A stretch of 38,208 nt of DNA from a virus (Duplodnaviria; Heunggongvirae; Uroviricota; Caudoviricetes): IMG/VR virus record IMGVR_UViG_3300021387_001477; one strand, given 5' to 3'. The translations under genes and the position numbers were made by a program. Below the pieces are notes generated by a model that saw nothing but the letters and a program-made list of their open reading frames with translations, was not told where the DNA came from and ran no database searches. Shown piece after piece: positions 35,759 through 38,208 of this stretch. How positions within the stretch are numbered: the first letter of the stretch is position 1; every line of letters begins with the position of its first letter.

Positions 35759-37783
35759 TTAATCCTCCTTCTTTTTTAATATTTCAAACGCCATGTCTCT
35801 CTTGCCTGTTTCTTTATTAGTAATTTGACAAGTTTTTATATCAAAATATTTTTCCAGGTCATTTGCTTTTGCAACTTTTATTTGTCCAAAATTATCATAA
35901 ATCTTCTGTAATTCCGATTTTATAACACTTTTAGAATATTTTGAACCAACCTGGAATGTCTTATATATCTCTTCTAAGACCTTTCCATCAGAATTTCTAC
36001 AACTATTATATTCGGCCTCAAGATTACCCTTTTGATAACCAAGAGTGCCGGCCCTAGAAGGAGATATAGTCCAGTAATATTTTGAAAAACTTGAGTCTCC
36101 AAGGCCATCCAGAACTCCCTTAGCTATATTATCTGGCATCCCAAGAGAATATAAATACTTCATCTTATTGTGGAAATATTTAATATTCTCAACTTTGGAT
36201 ATAATATTCCTGATCTCGTCGCCTTCCCGTACAGATTTCCCTAAAGCGGTGAATACTTGAGCTAGATCTTTATAGTCTATCTGTTGAATACGAAATGCCC
36301 GCTCATCATTTATCATAACTAAATCATTCCTGACGGGTATTAGATCTTTTCCTCCCCTAGTATTTACAGCAACATAGTCATTTTTATAATTGGCAAGTTC
36401 AACCTCGCTTTTATATTTCTTTGCCAATGATTGCTTTTCAGTATCTGTTGCTTTTCCATAAATAGACAATAGATTCTCAGTTTCTCGTACTTTGGAATCT
36501 ACGATTTTCTTAGACTCCTCCGGGGTTATTATATTTCCTGATTTTAGAGTCTTACAATATAACTCAGCACGGTTCTTCCAAGGATTACTCTCTAATCTTT
36601 GTCTTCCTAGGATCTGAGGAAGATCAAGCTTTATATCTACCGTCAGGGAATCAATATTAGCATCAGAAAAGATAAAAGTCCTTGCACACGTAGAATAAAA
36701 GTCTGCGCCTAAGTATACTGTTCTTGTACATAGAGTAAACATCTTGTGTGACTCTCCTTTTGTTGGAATAGTACCAAGAACTTTAGTAGATTTGGAAACC
36801 CTAAATGCCTTTCTTACCTTTTTCTCATTCTCTGGAGTCTTTGCACACAGAACATTGGTATTATCTATTGTAAGATCGCATCTTCGGATTATATCACAAA
36901 TATTCTTCACTGAGTTAACATAAATAACTGCCTCCTTAGATACAGTTTCAATAAGTTCTCCATCTATCTTAGTCATTGTAACTTCAAATTCTCCAGATTT
37001 ATATTTTTCGATTACCTCTCTGGCCGGACCTATTATTCCTCTTGGACAATAGTGAACATTTATAACAGGTGAAGAAACTCTACCAGGACATCTCGTCTCC
37101 CAATCTAATTCATAATATGGGAGTTTATTAAATTGTTCCAGCCGCTCTATATATTCATCAAGAAGAGGTGTAGCTGAAACAAAACAAAGATTATTAATGC
37201 CTTGAAGCTGATATAAAAACTCTATTTCCGTGCTACTTTTAAATTTGGCGTCGGTCAGAATGCTTTGAAATTCGTCGACAACTACATAAAATTTATCCAT
37301 AGCACCCAGAGAAAGAAGAACATCCTTTACGATATGAAATGAATCATAGGTAACGAGAAACTTACATGGAATACCGGTATTAAGGCAATTGTAAAAATAT
37401 GCCTCTACTGACTGTCTCATTTTCATAATCTGCTTTTTCTCATTTTCGATTATTTCTGTCATATCTACAACAGGATCTATAGTAAGTCGACTATGATAAT
37501 GTGATTTATCAATTGTCGTAAGATCCTTGTCAACAGTTAAATCGGCCTCTAGTTCATTCTTTACATATAGAACAGAATTTTGATGTTGTTCTTCTTTGTT
37601 TTCTAGGAGGATTTTACGGGGAGAACAGAGGATTAGGTTTTGGTTATTGGTAATACAATATTCAGTAAAACCACAACCAGTAATCTTTTTATTAATAATA
37701 CATGGGTGGTCGGGAAGATTAAAACCGGGCCACTCAGAAATATACCTAATATTTTCAGGTACTTCAATAATTTTTCTTTCCAT
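35759..37783 (-). CDS. SF2 helicase-like protein (origin-binding-type architecture) with C-terminal putative DNA-binding domain
   Basis: TGCGFT (atypical Walker A), CSPR (Ia), TYDS (Ib), VVDEFQ (II), SATP (III), IYVNS (IV), TVYLGAD (V), QILGRQR (VI). Confidence 0.85.
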   Translation of the reverse strand: MERKIIEVPENIRYISEWPGFNLPDHPCIINKKITGCGFTEYCITNNQNLILCSPRKILLENKEEQHQNSVLYVKNELEADLTVDKDLTTIDKSHYHSRLTIDPVVDMTEIIENEKKQIMKMRQSVEAYFYNCLNTGIPCKFLVTYDSFHIVKDVLLSLGAMDKFYVVVDEFQSILTDAKFKSSTEIEFLYQLQGINNLCFVSATPLLDEYIERLEQFNKLPYYELDWETRCPGRVSSPVINVHYCPRGIIGPAREVIEKYKSGEFEVTMTKIDGELIETVSKEAVIYVNSVKNICDIIRRCDLTIDNTNVLCAKTPENEKKVRKAFRVSKSTKVLGTIPTKGESHKMFTLCTRTVYLGADFYSTCARTFIFSDANIDSLTVDIKLDLPQILGRQRLESNPWKNRAELYCKTLKSGNIITPEESKKIVDSKVRETENLLSIYGKATDTEKQSLAKKYKSEVELANYKNDYVAVNTRGGKDLIPVRNDLVMINDERAFRIQQIDYKDLAQVFTALGKSVREGDEIRNIISKVENIKYFHNKMKYLYSLGMPDNIAKGVLDGLGDSSFSKYYWTISPSRAGTLGYQKGNLEAEYNSCRNSDGKVLEEIYKTFQVGSKYSKSVIKSELQKIYDNFGQIKVAKANDLEKYFDIKTCQITNKETGKRDMAFEILKKKED

Positions 37784-37817
37784 ATATATATATATAACTT
37801 TTTAATATCTTCAAATC

Positions 37818-37846
37818 AGACTTGGGAGGCGAAGCGTCCCAAGTCT
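37818..37846. promoter_or_regulatory. Perfect 10-bp hairpin with GCGAAGC loop in the helicase leader
   Basis: AGACTTGGGA-GGCGAAGCG-TCCCAAGTCT; promoter-like CCTAATTAATG at 37854-37864 on minus. Confidence 0.7.
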
Positions 37847-37960
37847 CTATCATCATTAATTAGGGTTTAAACTCTTCAAAATAGCAAAAAATGAAGTAAA
37901 TTGACTTTAAATTAGACGAATATCTTATATGACCTCTATTAGTAAAAAATAAGTCATTTT

Positions 37961-38208
37961 ATTAATTCCGCTTCATCTATCCTCACTCACGCTCGGATAG
38001 ATTCCGCTCCATTTAATTTTAAAATAATACCTCATATCTCTTTATTCAAGGAGGAGCGAAGCGACAGAACGACGAACGAAGTGAGGAGTGATGTGAGCGT
38101 AAGCGAACTCCTCCGATTTCCCCGGGTTCTTCGCGTTAATGGAACGGAATTATCGAACGTAGTGAGATAATGGAGTGGAATAGCGAAGTGGCGCGGGAGC
38201 GGGAAGGC
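37961..38208. repeat. Array of GNA-loop/tandem-GA hairpins; candidate replication origin or other ssDNA signal
   Basis: GAGCGAAGCGA, CGAACGAAGTGAG, GAGCGTAAGCGA, CGAACGTAGTGAG and an inverted copy at 37967-38010; non-coding and GC-richer than the flanks. Confidence 0.7.

Noticed and set aside
37782-37796. (TA)n tract before the helicase start as a phase-variation site
   Set aside because: Short, in an AT-rich leader outside the coding frame; no evidence of length variation from one sequence.
623-37870. Short antisense or alternate-frame track ORFs (e.g. 623, 1553, 3217, 5015, 6555, 17709, 18712, 21490, 23603, 35229, 37596)
   Set aside because: Overlap well-supported genes and lack motifs; shadow ORFs.
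1-38208. Stop-codon reassignment (TAG to Gln) as in some Bacteroidota megaphages
   Set aside because: Long genes are intact in code 11 and TAG ends genes at coupled junctions (8665, 16887, 21070, 24551, 25426, 26250).
37961-38208. CRISPR mini-array or classical iterons
   Set aside because: Units are short, variable, in both orientations and conserved in structure rather than as fixed repeats with spacers.

Overview
AT-rich, gene-dense window that reads as part of a large dsDNA phage genome, probably infecting Bacteroidota (inferred from A-rich leaders without Shine-Dalgarno motifs and a promoter-like motif resembling the Bacteroidota -7 box). Standard code 11; TAG is used as a stop. Left to right: (i) partial radical SAM gene and a five-gene minus-strand operon (coiled-coil protein, TM/PspA-like protein, substrate-binding+OmpA fusion, NitT/TauT-type permease and ATPase); (ii) DnaB-like helicase, RusA-like resolvase and small nucleic-acid/signalling genes (DUF488-like, DCL-like, SLOG, HTH, CX5R phosphatase); (iii) a minus-strand block with RNase H, a second DUF488-like gene and a MoxR AAA+/HEXXH-vWA pair; (iv) GNAT gene and a ~13 kb plus-strand array of small genes built from shared constant blocks and swapped variable segments, containing a ~200-nt tRNA-framed RNA; (v) a minus-strand SF2 helicase and GIY-YIG-like nuclease sharing a duplicated C-terminal domain, flanked by a structured ~130-nt small transcript and an array of GNA-loop/tandem-GA DNA hairpins. 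Module (v) is the best candidate for an undescribed system, possibly origin recognition/initiation. All family assignments come from motif recognition by eye; no database searches were run.
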